A stretch of DNA of 64,000 nucleotides from Candidatus Kerfeldbacteria bacterium (GCA_016193315.1 JACPSJ010000001.1:406723-470722); one strand, 5' to 3'; shown: positions 47,639-58,247, counted from the stretch's first letter. The notes: generated from the sequence alone by a model not told the origin. Program-made: numbers and translations.

Positions 47639-48952
47639 ATGTCCGCAAACGACATGCTTGAGGTCGAGGGTGGTCGACCATTGGTGGGTGAGGTTCGATT
47701 GGCCGGCGCAAAAAACGCCGCCACCAAGTTGATGGTGGCGAGCTTGCTCACGGCTGAACCGGTCACGATAGATAATATTCCGGATCTGGGAGATACCAGC
47801 GTCACGGCTGAACTGCTGGCTCATGTTGGCACCACCATCAATCGTCTCGGTCAGCAGTGGACGCTGACCACGGCGGACGTCCGCCAGGCCCAGGTCCCGC
47901 CGCTCAGCCGACGAAATCGGATCCCAATTCTCGCGCTCGGGCCACTCCTTCACCGGGCCGGCGAGGCTGAAGTGCCGCTGCTCGGTGGTGATCGAATAGG
48001 GGCCCGGCCAGTCAATTGGCATCTGGCCGCCTTACAACTGCTGGGGGCGGACATCGAGGTCACCCCTGATCGGGTCCGGGCCCGCGCCCAACGACTCCGC
48101 GGCGCCTCGATTACCTTACCGTATCCAAGTGTTGGCGCCACCGAGAATATCATCTTGACCGCGGTTTTGGCCACGGGCCGGACGGTCATTCGCGGCGCCG
48201 CCGTCGAGCCAGAAGTCGCTGATCTGGTGCAGATGCTCAGGGGCATGGGGGCCCGGATCGACTGCCCGGACAGCCGGGAGGTGGTTATAGACGGTGTCGG
48301 CACACTTCACGGCACGAATTACCGGGTGATGCCTGATCGAAATGAGGCGGTTTCGTTCAGCTGCCTGGCCTATGCCACTGGTGGTGATATTACCGTTCGC
48401 GAGGCGCGGCCGAAGGATCTGGCCGCTTGGCTAGCGGCAGTTCGGCGTTTTGGCGGGCAATACGAAATTGGGGCCGGCGGCATTCGCTTCTTTGGTCGCC
48501 GCCCCTGGCGGGGGATCAAGGTTGAGACTGAGCCTCATCCTGGCTTTATGACCGATTGGCAGCAGCCACTGGCGGTGGTCCTGACCCAGGCGGCCGGACC
48601 GTCGACCATCCACGAAACGGTCTATGAGGATCGATTCGGCTACCTTCAATCGGTCGCCGCCATGGGCGCCGAGGTAGCCACGAGTAGTGATTGCTGGGGG
48701 CGCCAGCCCTGTCGCTGGGTTAACCGGGGGTTTATTCATAGCTGCCGTTTGCACGGTCCGCGACGCCTCCATGGTGGGGTGCTGACCATGCCGGATATTC
48801 GAGCCGGCATGGCTCATCTCATCGCCGCCCTGGCGGCCGAAGGCCAGTCCGAGTTGACCGGGCTCGAGCACTTAGCGCGCGGCTACCAGGCGTTGCCGGA
48901 TCGGCTGCGGTCTGTTGGCGCTCGCCTGGCCGTGATCAGGCGTGTATACTAG
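47639..48952 (+). CDS. murA: UDP-N-acetylglucosamine 1-carboxyvinyltransferase
   Basis: MLEVEGGRPLVGEVRLAGAKNAATKLMVASLLTAEPVTIDNIP. The start is 47639 or 47654. Confidence 0.8.
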   Translation: MSANDMLEVEGGRPLVGEVRLAGAKNAATKLMVASLLTAEPVTIDNIPDLGDTSVTAELLAHVGTTINRLGQQWTLTTADVRQAQVPPLSRRNRIPILALGPLLHRAGEAEVPLLGGDRIGARPVNWHLAALQLLGADIEVTPDRVRARAQRLRGASITLPYPSVGATENIILTAVLATGRTVIRGAAVEPEVADLVQMLRGMGARIDCPDSREVVIDGVGTLHGTNYRVMPDRNEAVSFSCLAYATGGDITVREARPKDLAAWLAAVRRFGGQYEIGAGGIRFFGRRPWRGIKVETEPHPGFMTDWQQPLAVVLTQAAGPSTIHETVYEDRFGYLQSVAAMGAEVATSSDCWGRQPCRWVNRGFIHSCRLHGPRRLHGGVLTMPDIRAGMAHLIAALAAEGQSELTGLEHLARGYQALPDRLRSVGARLAVIRRVY

Positions 48953-48956
48953 GGTC

Positions 48957-50165
48957 ATGGCTTTACGCGCTCGTTTTGTCCTTCTCAGTGTGGCCGTTCT
49001 CCTCGTGGCCCTTGGTTTTGGGCTGGGCGTGTTGGTTACCTCGGTCAGTCTCAACACCACCTCAGTTTCCTTCGACGCCGTCATCAATCATCTCCAAAAC
49101 AGCCGGCGGCCGGCGGATTGGCGGACTTTTAGCTCGGTCTGGCAATCAATCCACCAGTCGTATCTCAACAGTAACCTCGACGACCGTCGCCTCCTGTACG
49201 GGGCAACCGCCGGGCTGGTTGAAGCTCTCGGCGACCCATATTCCGTTTTCCTCAACCCGACCGAAGCCGCCGCCTTCCAACAGGAAATCGAGGGAACCTT
49301 CGATGGGGTAGGCATGGAAATCGGCCTCAAGAATGATCGTTTGACTATCATTGCTCCCTTGCCAAACAGTCCGGCTGAGCGAGCTGGTCTCCGGGCCGGC
49401 GACATGATCGTCACCATCGACGATGCTGATACAGCCGCCATCCGCCTGTTCGACGCCGTCCAGGCCATTCGCGGGCCGGCCGGCTCGACCGTCAGGATTG
49501 AGGTCGAACGGCGTCAGGAACGCCACACCTATGATCTCGTTCGCGAGCGGATCAAGGTCCAGTCGGTGACCAGCCGGGCGGAAAAGGTCGGCGACCAGCG
49601 ACTTGGCTATATCAAGATTAGCAATTTCTCCAGCGACACCGACCGCCTCTTCCGGCAAGCGGCGCAAGAGATGCTTCGTCAGTCGGTGATCGGCCTGGTG
49701 CTCGATCTGCGCAATAACCCCGGCGGGCTCCTCGACCAGTCTTTGACCGTGGCGAGCGCCTTCATCCCAGCGGGAGTCATCGTCAAAGAGGTGACCCGTC
49801 AGGGCGAGAGCAAGGACCTGACGACCACAGACTCAGCCCTCCTGGCGGGCCAGCCGCTAGCCGTCTTGGTCAATGGCGGCACTGCCTCCGCGGCCGAGAT
49901 CGTGGCCGGGGCACTGCAGGATACTCGGCGGGCGACTATCGTCGGCGAGCCGACCTTCGGCAAAGGCACCGTTCAGGATCTGGAAACGCTGCCAGACGGA
50001 TCGAGTCTCAAACTCACGATTGCTACCTGGCAGACGCCGCAGGGCCGGTCAATCAACGAAGCGGGGATCACGCCCGATGTCCGAATCGAAATCACGCCCG
50101 AGCAAGCCAGTCAAGGACTCGATCCACAGCTGGAGAAAGCAAAATCTATTATTTTGAGTCGATGA
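48957..50165 (+). CDS. ctpA: Carboxy-terminal processing protease (S41), with a PDZ domain
   Basis: …GVGMEIG…PAERAGLRAGDMIVTIDD…LDLRNNPGGLL…VNGGTASAAEIVAGALQD…GEPTFGKGTVQ. Confidence 0.85.
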   Translation: MALRARFVLLSVAVLLVALGFGLGVLVTSVSLNTTSVSFDAVINHLQNSRRPADWRTFSSVWQSIHQSYLNSNLDDRRLLYGATAGLVEALGDPYSVFLNPTEAAAFQQEIEGTFDGVGMEIGLKNDRLTIIAPLPNSPAERAGLRAGDMIVTIDDADTAAIRLFDAVQAIRGPAGSTVRIEVERRQERHTYDLVRERIKVQSVTSRAEKVGDQRLGYIKISNFSSDTDRLFRQAAQEMLRQSVIGLVLDLRNNPGGLLDQSLTVASAFIPAGVIVKEVTRQGESKDLTTTDSALLAGQPLAVLVNGGTASAAEIVAGALQDTRRATIVGEPTFGKGTVQDLETLPDGSSLKLTIATWQTPQGRSINEAGITPDVRIEITPEQASQGLDPQLEKAKSIILSR

Positions 50166-50659
50166 AAGTTGTATTACACGCCACCATCCCCGGTCTCGGC
50201 CGGCCAGGGGAAATGGTCGAGGTATCTGATGCCCAGGCCAGAAACCATTTATTGCCGCATCGCTTAGCGGCGGTGGCGACCCCTAGCCTGGTGGCCGCGC
50301 TAAAAGCCAAAGCCACGCGCGCCGCTTCGCAGCAAGGTAAGGCCGAGGCAGCTTTATTGGCGACTCGCCAACGGCTGGAGCGAGTGACGGTGAGAGTCAT
50401 CGCCCCCGCGAACAATCAGGGGCGGCTGTTTGCGGCGCTGAAAGCGGCCTGGGTCGTCCGACAGCTTGAACAGGATTACCGGATGGTCTTCAACGGGGTC
50501 CGCTGGTCACCGGATCACTGGAAGACCCTTGGTCAGCACCAAGTGGAGCTCGGTTGGGCCGACGGGGTAGTCAGCTCGCTGAAGCTGGTGATTGATGGAC
50601 GGTCGGTGGGGGACGGAGCGAAAAACCCCACCCCTCGACTGGAAGTGAAGGAGAAGTGA
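50162..50659 (+). CDS. rplI: 50S ribosomal protein L9
   Basis: MKVVLHATIPGLGRPGEMVEVSDAQARNHLLP matches the L9 N-domain. Confidence 0.8.
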   Translation: MKVVLHATIPGLGRPGEMVEVSDAQARNHLLPHRLAAVATPSLVAALKAKATRAASQQGKAEAALLATRQRLERVTVRVIAPANNQGRLFAALKAAWVVRQLEQDYRMVFNGVRWSPDHWKTLGQHQVELGWADGVVSSLKLVIDGRSVGDGAKNPTPRLEVKEK

Positions 50660-50740
50660 CGTCCCCCTGGAGTGAGCGTATCATGTCCGGCCGCTCGGCT
50701 ACATCGTTTAGCCGGGTTCTGTCTCACCCGGGGTGATCAC

Positions 50741-51013
50741 CTAACGCACGTGGACGAAACGGCGGATTACGCGCCGGCCATCGAAGCGCACTTTCTTCCG
50801 GCGTTCAAAGACGACCGTCCCGGTGGTGGTGGCGAACAATGTGTCGTCGCCGCCTCGGCGCACGCCAACGCCGGGCATGAACGAAGTGCCACGTTGTCGG
50901 ACGATAATACTACCTGGCCACGCACGCTCGCCAGCGGCTAGTTTTACACCCAGGCGTTTACTTTGCGAATCACGACCGAGACTCGTTGAGCCGCCAGATT
51001 TTGTGTGGGCCAC
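50741..51013 (-). CDS. rpmA: 50S ribosomal protein L27
   Basis: [29 protein letters not shown]…[12 protein letters not shown]. Confidence 0.9.
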   Translation of the reverse strand: MAHTKSGGSTSLGRDSQSKRLGVKLAAGERAWPGSIIVRQRGTSFMPGVGVRRGGDDTLFATTTGTVVFERRKKVRFDGRRVIRRFVHVR

Positions 51014-51083
51014 GGAGCGGAGAGAGGGTTAGAAATGAATATCGGTAGTTGGCACCTCATCGTAAGCTACCGACTGGTAATTG

Positions 51084-51371
51084 TCAACGGTCGGCGGCTG
51101 GCGTTTCGACTGGAAGAAACAACTGCCCCGCCACAATTTCCGGTGCCGCCGGTTCGTGGTAGGCCGGTAGCCTGGTCTCCAATTGTGTCAGCTGGCGACG
51201 ATGGATCGTTACCTGGGCAGCCGAAACCTCGGCCGCCGACAACGGGCGGTTGGGTATGAGCTGCCATGTTTGCCAGGCGATCCAGCCCAGCACAACCGCC
51301 ATCGTCAAAAAGATGAGCGACTGCGGTCGGCGAAGCCTAGCTGGCCACGATGACGGCAAACGGATGATCAT
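51084..51371 (-). CDS. Small TM protein in the pilus operon (PilP-like position)
   Basis: TM helix plus a coiled region. Its start overlaps the pilO stop. Confidence 0.35.
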   Translation of the reverse strand: MIIRLPSSWPARLRRPQSLIFLTMAVVLGWIAWQTWQLIPNRPLSAAEVSAAQVTIHRRQLTQLETRLPAYHEPAAPEIVAGQLFLPVETPAADR

Positions 51372-51898
51372 TCTTTCCACACCGTTTCCACCTGGACGGC
51401 GGCGATGACGGTATTGATCGCGGCGCCAGGAGTTAAGCGGATTTCCGTGATCGCCACCAGCGGCTTGATCGTTTGTAGGTCGGTGAGAGCCTTCAGGACA
51501 TCGTTGAGTTGTCCACGAATTGACAGTTCAACCGATCGCGTCACCGGTTCGGAGGTTGGTACAATCTCAGCCACATTTGGAATTTCCAACGTCACGCCGT
51601 GTTGACGACCAAAGGCATCCCAACTGGCAAAGAAGGATTCCTCAGCGCTTAATAACCAGATATCCTGGTCGAAAGTCATCTGCCACCGCTGAAGCTGGCT
51701 TTGTTCCTGCCGACGTCGGTTCAGGTCCGCCTGCTGGGCGGCGACGGTCGATCGGCTCACTCGAGCGCTGTCAATTGCGTGCCGGGTGGCCTGCAACCGC
51801 GGCAGTTGGCCGGCCACCAAAATCACCAAGCTGATCATCGTCCCGGCTGCTAGCGCAATCAAGGTGATGAGCGATGAAGGGCGCCGCTTCAACTTCAT
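51368..51898 (-). CDS. pilO: Type IV pilus assembly protein PilO-like
   Basis: N-terminal TM helix plus coiled coil. ATGA overlap with pilN. Confidence 0.5.
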   Translation of the reverse strand: MKLKRRPSSLITLIALAAGTMISLVILVAGQLPRLQATRHAIDSARVSRSTVAAQQADLNRRRQEQSQLQRWQMTFDQDIWLLSAEESFFASWDAFGRQHGVTLEIPNVAEIVPTSEPVTRSVELSIRGQLNDVLKALTDLQTIKPLVAITEIRLTPGAAINTVIAAVQVETVWKE

Positions 51899-52434
51899 GA
51901 TTCTGGCCTCCATTCAGCTTGGTAGAGAAATGGGAGATCTTCGCGTTTATTGGCAATCGAATCGGTGGATACATTGGTCAAGGCGGGTGAGTTCTTGAGG
52001 GCGTCGTCGAGGGCAATGAAATCCGTTCTCGTGCGGGCCAGGCCGGCGATTTCGATTTGACCAGCGACGTTTTGACGGAGTTCGGTGACCACCACGTTCC
52101 GCGGTAAGGCGTTGAGCAGACGACTGAGATCAAGCCCCCACGAACGGCTGGCCGGCAAGGTGGTCTGGAGAGATTGGACGGTTAGGTTCAGATGGCGCGT
52201 TTGTTCGTTGATGGCATTCAAGCCTGAACCGGAGGCTTGTTGTCGGACGTGGGCGAGCTGTTGTTCAACCGAGCGTTGCTCTTGCTGCAGCCACCACAGA
52301 TCGAGGGCGAAGACTAGATTTCCAAACAGAGCTGTCAGCAGCAACAGGGTCATCCCCGCTCGCCAGCGGTGGAGGGTCGCTCGCCGGTTGAGTTGTTGCT
52401 TCCGTTCCGGCGGCAGGAGGTTGAGACTGATCAT
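51895..52434 (-). CDS. pilN: Type IV pilus assembly protein PilN-like
   Basis: MISLNLLPPERK… is the INLLP motif, followed by a TM helix. Confidence 0.55.
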   Translation of the reverse strand: MISLNLLPPERKQQLNRRATLHRWRAGMTLLLLTALFGNLVFALDLWWLQQEQRSVEQQLAHVRQQASGSGLNAINEQTRHLNLTVQSLQTTLPASRSWGLDLSRLLNALPRNVVVTELRQNVAGQIEIAGLARTRTDFIALDDALKNSPALTNVSTDSIANKREDLPFLYQAEWRPES

Positions 52435-53465
52435 AAGCGGGCGGGGAAATTCATTAGGGCCAGTCCAAAAGCGGTGGTGTAGATGAAGCCGATTTCTGGT
52501 CGATATGACGGGTCGAACGATTTCAACTCCTCGTATACCCACGATGGTTGGAGTATGACCGGCCGCTGGAGCCGGCTGGCCAACTCGCGATCAATGAATC
52601 GCAGCAGTGCACCGCTGCCAGTGAGGGCGATTTCCTTGACCGGCTGGGAGTCGGGGAAGTGTTCGGCGGCGAAGGCTTCGACCTCGTGAATCTTCGCCAC
52701 GACGACGTCGAGTTGTGGAGCCAAGACTTTGCGCAGTAAACCCCGGCCGCGGTGTGGGTCGAGACCAAAAATCTTCTTGGCTCGTTCGGCCTGGGCCTCG
52801 CTGATCTTCATTTCATCGGCAATGTACCGGTTCAGTTCCTTGCCGGCGTAGCGTACGGTGGCGGAAAACAATACCAACCCGTCGTGTAAGAGCATGAGCG
52901 TCGATCGGGTGCGTCCGAGGTCGAGTAGTATGGTCGTGCCGGGGGGCTGCCCCGGGCGATAGGTCGCGCGGGTCACCGCCAGAGACTCAATGTCCAGCCC
53001 GATGGGCTCCACGTCGCAGGCTTCGAGAACGGTCACGTAGGTGTCGACCAGTGACCGGGGGGCGGCACCGATAATCACCTCTAGTTGTCCATGAGCGTTT
53101 CGTTTTGGCTGAGTTGACCAATCAAAATAGACCTCGTCCCAGGTATACGGCAGATGGTGGAGAGCCTCATCCTTGACGGCTGTCTCCAGATCATTCGCCT
53201 GGTCGGCGGCGATGGTGATGAACTTGATGAAGGTGTGCCGTTCTGGCAACGATACGAAAGCCTGTCGGCGTCGAATACCCGCCGCCTTCGTTAGTTCGCG
53301 GATCAGCGTGCTGACCCGTTGCGGATTCTGAATTTCACCGTCGACAATCAATCCCGGCGCGACCGGAATCTCCGCCCGGGTGGGCAAGCGGAGACGCTGG
53401 CGCGATTTCTCCAGCACGGCCAGTCGAATCCAGGCGTCGCTGATATCCAGACCAAAGGCAGTCAT
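52431..53465 (-). CDS. pilM: Type IV pilus assembly protein PilM (actin-like ATPase fold)
   Basis: MTAFGLDISDAWIRLAVLEK…. Confidence 0.7.
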   Translation of the reverse strand: MTAFGLDISDAWIRLAVLEKSRQRLRLPTRAEIPVAPGLIVDGEIQNPQRVSTLIRELTKAAGIRRRQAFVSLPERHTFIKFITIAADQANDLETAVKDEALHHLPYTWDEVYFDWSTQPKRNAHGQLEVIIGAAPRSLVDTYVTVLEACDVEPIGLDIESLAVTRATYRPGQPPGTTILLDLGRTRSTLMLLHDGLVLFSATVRYAGKELNRYIADEMKISEAQAERAKKIFGLDPHRGRGLLRKVLAPQLDVVVAKIHEVEAFAAEHFPDSQPVKEIALTGSGALLRFIDRELASRLQRPVILQPSWVYEELKSFDPSYRPEIGFIYTTAFGLALMNFPARL

Positions 53466-53467
53466 GA

Positions 53468-54685
53468 TTAGGTGATTTGCTCGGACAAAGAGTAAATTGG
53501 CAGCAAGATGGCGACCGCCATGGCCGCCACGCCGGCGCCGAGGATGAGGAGGAGTACCGGTTCAATGATGGTTGAAAGGTTCGACATCGTTTGGTCGACT
53601 TCTTCCTCGAAGAAACTTGCTAACTCTTTCGACACCTCGTCGAGCGTCCCGCTCTCCTCGCCAACCGCGACCATCTGCTCGACCAGCGGCGGGTAGAGCT
53701 TAGGGTACCGCCCGAGAACTTTGTTGATGGCGGCCCCGGTACGCAGCGCCTGCGAGGCTTCCTCCATCGACTGGCGGTAGTGAATGCTGCTCAGCGTTCG
53801 GCTGATGATTTGGAATGACTGGATGATGGGGATATCGGTGGACAACATGGAGCTGAGGCTGCGAGCGAAACGAACCAGATTGACTTTCCGAATGATTGAT
53901 CCAGCCACCGGCAAAGCCAGAAACAAACTATCAAACCGCAGCCGTCCAAACCGTGTTCGTCCAACCGCCACCAACAGCCCCACCAAGGTCAGGATGCCCA
54001 AGGCCAGCCACAGGCCATAGTGCTGAAAAGCATTACTGACCGCAATCAGTATCCGGGTTGGCAGTGGTAACTGCGCTTGGTTCTGCTCGAAAATTTCAAG
54101 CAATTTGGGGATGACATACGTCATCATGGTGATGGCCGCGCCAATCATCGCCACCACGACAATGATCGGGTAGGTCAACGAGCCCCTGACTTTACTGATC
54201 AGCTGATGGTCCTTCTTCATTTGCACCGTCAGATTCTTTAGCACCTCGTCGAGTTTGCCGCTGACTTCACCGGCGGCGATCATGTTGACGAACAGCTCAT
54301 TGAAGATGCGGGGGTGTTGACGAAGGGCCTGAGAGAAACTTTGGCCCGCCTCGGCGTCGCTTTCAATGGACAGAATGACATGCTGGAAATAGCGATGGTT
54401 TGTTTGTAAAGCTAAAACACCCAACGCCCGACTGATCGAGAAACCGCCCCGCAGCATGACCCCCAGGTTCTGGGTAAAAAAGATCTTGTCGACCACCGGC
54501 ACACCCTGGAGCCGCTGCAGCCAACGATCAAGCAGAGGAACCTGTTCGTTGGCTGGCCGAGCGCTGGTCAGTGTTAGTCCCTGCTGGCGGAGGCGTTCGG
54601 CCAGTTCGCGCTCCGTAGCCGCCACCACCTGACCCCGGCTAACAGCACCATCCGATCCCCTGGCGGTGTAACGAAAGATGGCCAT
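53468..54685 (-). CDS. pilC: Type IV pilus inner-membrane platform protein PilC (GspF family)
   Basis: Two GspF repeats, 405 aa. Confidence 0.8.
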   Translation of the reverse strand: MAIFRYTARGSDGAVSRGQVVAATERELAERLRQQGLTLTSARPANEQVPLLDRWLQRLQGVPVVDKIFFTQNLGVMLRGGFSISRALGVLALQTNHRYFQHVILSIESDAEAGQSFSQALRQHPRIFNELFVNMIAAGEVSGKLDEVLKNLTVQMKKDHQLISKVRGSLTYPIIVVVAMIGAAITMMTYVIPKLLEIFEQNQAQLPLPTRILIAVSNAFQHYGLWLALGILTLVGLLVAVGRTRFGRLRFDSLFLALPVAGSIIRKVNLVRFARSLSSMLSTDIPIIQSFQIISRTLSSIHYRQSMEEASQALRTGAAINKVLGRYPKLYPPLVEQMVAVGEESGTLDEVSKELASFFEEEVDQTMSNLSTIIEPVLLLILGAGVAAMAVAILLPIYSLSEQIT

Positions 54686-54687
54686 GA

Positions 54688-56412
54688 TTATTCCTTCGTG
54701 ACCCGAATGATTTCTTCGATGGTGGTCACACCGGCTTTGGCTTTCAGAAACCCATCTTGGATCATGGTGATCATACCACTCTTGATGGCCACCTGGTGGA
54801 GATCGGCCGCCGTGCCGCGCTCAAGAATCACCCGGGCCAGGGCATCATTCATCTCCAACACTTCGTAGATGCCAATCCGGCCGCGGTAGCCTTCGCTGTT
54901 ACACTGGCGACAACCACGACCGCGATAGAAAAGCAACTCCTCCACTTTCTGACCCTTGACGATTGATCCTCCCTGGACCAGCGTGTCTAGAAGATACTGG
55001 ACGTTGATCTGTTCGGCTAAACTTTCGATCGCTTGCCGGCTGAGAGTGAAGCTTTCAATGCAGTGGGTACAGATTTTTCGGACCAGACGCTGGGCGATAA
55101 TCATGTTCGTGGTGCTGGCGATGAGGAAGGCGGGGACCTTCATTTCCGTTAGCCGGGGCAGGACGGTGACGGCATCATTGGTGTGGATCGTCGACAGCAC
55201 CAGGTGACCGGTCAGCGCCGCGTGGGTGGCGATTTCCGCCGTTTCTTCATCCCGAATCTCGCCGACCATGATGATATTGGGGTCCTGCCGCAACAGAGCC
55301 CGTAGCCCGGCCGCGAAGGTCATGCCAATTCTCGGATTGACCTGCGTTTGGTTAACGCGCGGAATACGGTATTCGATCGGGTCCTCAATGGTAGACAGGT
55401 TAACTTTGGGCGTATTGAGAAGAGTCAGGATCGTGTACAGGGTGGTCGTTTTCCCCGAACCGGTCGGCCCGCTGACGTAAATCATGCCGTGCGGTTTGGT
55501 GACATTGCGCTTGACCAGGCCCAGGTTCTTCTCGGATAGTCCGAGCTGTTCGAGACTGAGGACTTGAGCCGATTCATTAAGCAGGCGGAGCACGATCTTC
55601 TCCCCGTCGTAGACCGGTAGGATGCTGACCCGAAAGGCGACCGCGTATTCTTCGCTGCGAATTTTGAAGCGGCCATCTTGGGGCAGACGGTGTTCATCAA
55701 TTTTGAGGTTAGAAAGAATCTTGATTCTCGCGACCACGCCTGGTTGCACTTTCTTCGGCAAGGTCATCACCTCGCGCAGCACGCCGTCAATGCGGTAACG
55801 GACGATTGTATCTGCCTCGGTTGGTTCGATGTGGATGTCCGAAGCGCCTTCAAAAATGGCGTACTCCAGGAGGGTGTCAACCACCCGCACCACCGGCACA
55901 TCGTGGGCCAGTTGCTTCAGCTCCTGCTCGCTGCCGCCGGCTTGGTCAACCGCGCTGGTGATGCTTTCGAACTCGGCCCGCAGGCCTTTGCGGTACTGCT
56001 TGAGGGCGGCCTTGATCCCGCTGGGGGTGGTAAAAAAGATCAGCGGCTTGAGACGCGTCTTCTTGTCGATAAAATCGATAATTTGCAGGTCATCGGGGTC
56101 AACCATGGCCACTTTGACTTCTCGATCCGTCTTGTCAAAGGCCACTACATTGTGCGTCTGGATGATGGGCTCCGGCAGCAGATTCAAAATATCCCGCCGA
56201 ATAGTTTGGGCGGTCAGGTCGATAAAGGGAAGCTTGAGCGCTCCGGCCAGCGTTTCGTAGAGCAGCTGCTCGCTGATCAGATTGGTGGCCACCAGCTCAT
56301 CACTAAGGGAAGTGTGTTTCTCGGCTGCTTGCCGGCTGGCCCCGTCTATCTGTGCCCGGGTCAGCAGCTTATTCTCAAGGAGGACTTTCCGAATAGTTTG
56401 CTGGTGAGGCAT
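54688..56412 (-). CDS. pilB: Type IV pilus assembly ATPase PilB (GspE family)
   Basis: VSGPTGSGKTTTL Walker A box, plus a tetracysteine motif (CTHC…CRQC). Confidence 0.85.
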   Translation of the reverse strand: MPHQQTIRKVLLENKLLTRAQIDGASRQAAEKHTSLSDELVATNLISEQLLYETLAGALKLPFIDLTAQTIRRDILNLLPEPIIQTHNVVAFDKTDREVKVAMVDPDDLQIIDFIDKKTRLKPLIFFTTPSGIKAALKQYRKGLRAEFESITSAVDQAGGSEQELKQLAHDVPVVRVVDTLLEYAIFEGASDIHIEPTEADTIVRYRIDGVLREVMTLPKKVQPGVVARIKILSNLKIDEHRLPQDGRFKIRSEEYAVAFRVSILPVYDGEKIVLRLLNESAQVLSLEQLGLSEKNLGLVKRNVTKPHGMIYVSGPTGSGKTTTLYTILTLLNTPKVNLSTIEDPIEYRIPRVNQTQVNPRIGMTFAAGLRALLRQDPNIIMVGEIRDEETAEIATHAALTGHLVLSTIHTNDAVTVLPRLTEMKVPAFLIASTTNMIIAQRLVRKICTHCIESFTLSRQAIESLAEQINVQYLLDTLVQGGSIVKGQKVEELLFYRGRGCRQCNSEGYRGRIGIYEVLEMNDALARVILERGTAADLHQVAIKSGMITMIQDGFLKAKAGVTTIEEIIRVTKE

Positions 56413-56452
56413 GGGCTATCTGTTTGTTTGAGCGCGTTTCAAGAACTAATTT

Positions 56453-56481
56453 ATTATAGCAAAACTTGGCCTTCGTGTCAA
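56453..56481 (-). promoter_or_regulatory. Consensus sigma70 promoter TTGACA-17-TATAAT (minus strand) for the pilus operon
   Basis: On the minus strand: TTGACA (56481-56476), 17 nt, TATAAT (56458-56453), lying 41 nt upstream of the pilB ATG. Confidence 0.6.
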
Positions 56482-58232
56482 CGAAAATCGTAAACAAGAA
56501 TCGACGAGCCAATCCGCCATTGAGGCGACTTAGACCGCAGCCACTTGAACGGACCATTAACGTTATATAACTGGCCGGCGGAGATCGTCACCACGCCTGA
56601 TGGTCGCCGGCCGCGGCCCACATCATCATCGGTCAAAACCGGTTTGGCCCCCGGAAAGATTTTTTCCAAGGGCACAGAGCCGAAGAGGACGATGTGGACT
56701 TCGGGGAAGCGTTGGCGATTAAGGAATGACCGCAGACGCCACAGGTCCTGATTCCAATCAAGGTTGGAATCAAGCAAGACACGATGCCCACCAGCGGTGC
56801 CGCCGACCAGGGCGTTGAAGTACCCGATGGTATTTGAGCCCGCCCGAAACGCCGTCATCACGCTCAGGCTCAAGCCTAACCCGATCACCCAGTGGCGAAG
56901 GCCCGGCCAGCGCGGCCAGGGCTGAGCGGCTAGGCTGCCGAGCCAGAGCCACAGGAACGGATAGACCGGAAAGATGTGACGGAGGCCAATGTTGATGTGA
57001 CTGGTCAGGCTCCAAAGAAAATAGAGTAACGGTGGTAGGCCGAGGAGCCAGACATCGTCCGGCCAGCGGCGATGTCGGCGCCACCTTTCCCAGCCGAGCC
57101 ACCCGGCTACCAGCAGGAGCACCACCGTCACCAGCGGCGTTTTCACTGCCAAAGCAACCGGGAAATAGTACCACCAACCAAGGAGCGAGAATTGTCCAAA
57201 CAAATATGCTGCATGGCCGGCATAGTTATGGGTCATCGTCGAGAAGACGCCCCGCCAGTAGCTGTACGCCGGGATAGAATGTTGGAGGACGGACGTCACC
57301 CATTGACCGCTGGCGGAGTTCGGATCAGTCCAACGCACCAGCTGTTGGACGATACTGCGTTGCTCGGCGATCTGACCCGACTCAAGCAGCCATTGCCGTT
57401 CTTGCCACAGCTGATTAATCCGGGGGTCCTGATCGATCCGTTCTATTTCGAAGCCGTAGGTCGTCCAAATTAGGACCGGCGTGATCAGCGCCAAGCTAAC
57501 CATCATCCGCCACCACCAGCGCCAGCGGAAAAGGGAATGACCTCGGCTGGCGATGACAGCGCCTACAAGTGGGATAATAATCCAGAGTATGAGGTTGGAG
57601 AATTTTGACAGCTGGGCGGCCGCGAAGAGGACGGTGAGGATGAGCACCCGTGACCAGGTGGGAGTTCGAGCCAGACGATCGAGCGCCCAGACCGAGGCGA
57701 AGAAAAAGCCGGCCGCGGCCACATCATTGGTGACCAGATGACCGTGCCCGAGCCAATTCGGGTCGAAGGCGAAAAAAGTCAAGCTCACGAGGCCGCCGGT
57801 CGGACCCCAGCGCTGGCGCGACCACGAATAGATGAGCAGGCCAATGGCTCCCCACAGGACGATCATCGGCCATCGCCCCAGCCACATAATCAGCCGCGGG
57901 CCAAATGGGCCAGCGATACTGCCATAGACCATCGCCGCGCCAAACAGCCATTGATTTCGTTCTGACCAAGCCGGGCGGTCAAGCGGCAGGTGGAGTTGAC
58001 GTAGTGCCAGCAGCGGGATGGCCGCCAGGAGTTTCGTCAGCGGTGGGTGCTCGGGATTGAGCCGCCAGTCACCCGTTCGCCAATAGCTGACGCCGGCGGC
58101 CAGGTGGACCGCCTCGTCAGTCGTTTGACTATCCTGCCAAGCCCCGATAAACTGCCAAAGCATCGTGCCACCGACAATCATGACCACCAGTAACTGATTC
58201 CAGTGATGGCGATTGGGCGGCGTCTTCAGCAT
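56478..58232 (-). CDS. GT39/ArnT-like (PMT_2) membrane glycosyltransferase
   Basis: 584 aa, polytopic. DEAVHLAAGVSYW in the first loop. Confidence 0.6.
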   Translation of the reverse strand: MLKTPPNRHHWNQLLVVMIVGGTMLWQFIGAWQDSQTTDEAVHLAAGVSYWRTGDWRLNPEHPPLTKLLAAIPLLALRQLHLPLDRPAWSERNQWLFGAAMVYGSIAGPFGPRLIMWLGRWPMIVLWGAIGLLIYSWSRQRWGPTGGLVSLTFFAFDPNWLGHGHLVTNDVAAAGFFFASVWALDRLARTPTWSRVLILTVLFAAAQLSKFSNLILWIIIPLVGAVIASRGHSLFRWRWWWRMMVSLALITPVLIWTTYGFEIERIDQDPRINQLWQERQWLLESGQIAEQRSIVQQLVRWTDPNSASGQWVTSVLQHSIPAYSYWRGVFSTMTHNYAGHAAYLFGQFSLLGWWYYFPVALAVKTPLVTVVLLLVAGWLGWERWRRHRRWPDDVWLLGLPPLLYFLWSLTSHINIGLRHIFPVYPFLWLWLGSLAAQPWPRWPGLRHWVIGLGLSLSVMTAFRAGSNTIGYFNALVGGTAGGHRVLLDSNLDWNQDLWRLRSFLNRQRFPEVHIVLFGSVPLEKIFPGAKPVLTDDDVGRGRRPSGVVTISAGQLYNVNGPFKWLRSKSPQWRIGSSILVYDFR

Positions 58233-58247
58233 CTCCGTTCCGCGCTC

